A stretch of DNA of 64,000 nt from Malacoraja senta (Eukaryota). Below are positions 62,745-64,000 of the stretch, piece after piece. The stretch spans positions 5,830,001 to 5,894,000 of the forward strand of contig CM075997.1 in the NCBI GenBank assembly GCA_038087875.1. Direction: 5' to 3'. Within the stretch, counting starts at the first letter, position 1. Each line of letters opens with the position of its first letter. A model generated the notes under the pieces. That model had not been told where the DNA came from. It was given only the letters and a program-made list of their open reading frames with translations, and did not search any database. The translations under genes and the position numbers were made by a program.

Positions 62745-63365
62745 AGAATTAGGCCATTCGACCCATTGCGTCTACTCCGCTATTCAATCATGGCTGCTCT
62801 CTGCCTCGTAATCCCATTTTCCTGCCCATAACTCTTGACAACTGTTTTAATCAATAATTTGTCTATTTTTAATCAATAATTTGTCAATAATTTGTTTATT
62901 ATTTGCCTTAAAAATATCCACTGACTTGGCCTCCACAGCCCTCTGTGGCAATTAATTTCCACATATTAACTATCCTCTGACTACAGCAGTTCCTCCTCAC
63001 CATTCCAAAAGAGCGTCCTTCAATTCTAAGGCTATGCCCTCTGGTCCTGAACTCTCCCACCAGTGGAAACATTCTTTCCACATCCTCCCAATACATTTCA
63101 TTATTCTGTAAGTTTCAATGAGGTCCCTCGTCAACCTTCTAAACTCCAACAAGTAGAGGCCCAGTGCTGTCAAACGCTCATTATATGTAAACCCACTCAT
63201 TCCTGGAATCATTCTTGTAAACATCCCCTGGACCCTCTCCAGCACATCCTTCCTCGGATATGGGGCCCACATTTGCTCACAGTACTCCAAATGCGGCCTA
63301 ACCAGTGCCTTATAGCGCCTCAGCATTACATCTCTGTTTTTGTATTCCAGTCCTCTTGATATAAG
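62745..63365 (-). mobile_element. Degenerate CR1 3' fragment
   Basis: RGLEYKNRDVMLRRYKALVRPHLEYCEQMWAP. Confidence 0.85.
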
Positions 63366-63369
63366 GTGA

Positions 63370-64000
63370 AATATCATAGAAACATAGAAAAATAGTTGCA
63401 GGAGTAGGTCATTCGACCCTTTCGAGCCAGCTCCGCCATTAAATATGATCATTGCTGATCATCTAAAATCAGTACCCTATTCCTGCTTTTTCCCCATATC
63501 CCTTGATTCCTTTAGCCCTAAGAACTAAATCTAACACTCTGTTGAAAACATCCAGTGAATTAGCATCCACTGCCTCCAGTGGTAGAGAATTCTGCAGATT
63601 CACAACTCTCTGGGTGAAAAAGCTTTTCCTCATCTCAGTCATAAATGGCCTACCCCTTATTCTTAAACTGTGACACTTGGTACTGGTCTCCCCTAACATG
63701 GGGAAAATCTTTCCTGCATTTAGCTTGTCCAATCCTTTAAGAATTTTATATGTTTGTATATGATCTCCTCTCATCCTTCTGAATTCCAGTGAATACAAGC
63801 CCACTCGACCCATTCTTTCATCATATATCAGTCCCGCCATACCGGGAATTAACCTGGTGAACCTTTGCTGCACTCCCTCAATAGCAATAATGTCCTTCCT
63901 CAATTTAGGAGAACAAACCTGCGCACAATACCCCAGGTGTGGTCCCACCAGGGCCCTGTGCAACTGCAGTAGGACCTCCTTGCTCCTAAATTCAAATCCT
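63370..64000 (-). mobile_element. CR1 LINE 3' end, running off the window
   Basis: PHLGYCAQVCSP...FFTQRVVNL...GYGEKAGIGY; ctatgtttctatg tail. Confidence 0.92.

Overview
Eukaryotic genomic DNA, not prokaryotic. The repeat content (HE1-like SINEs, CR1/HER1-like LINEs) suggests a cartilaginous fish; the species is an inference. The whole window lies inside a + strand ryanodine receptor gene, most like RYR1. Twelve GT-AG exons (481..62268) splice into one phase-consistent frame running from the end of the Repeat1-2 region through SPRY2/SPRY3 and the D2 region to the junctional solenoid and the acidic D3 region. The introns are mostly transposon-derived: CR1 LINEs (one with an unbroken ~890-codon ORF2), Rex1/L2-like LINE pieces, SINEs, a dead Tc1 element, Harbinger- and Tigger-like MITEs, a full-length degenerate DIRS retrotransposon, and many Penelope-like ends with a minimal hammerhead-ribozyme motif. 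The most unusual structure is a set of non-autonomous Helitron-like elements, including a 5 kb array that reads as four copies inserted serially into each other's 5' ends. Repeat boundaries are read by eye and are approximate unless termini are quoted. No database searches were run.
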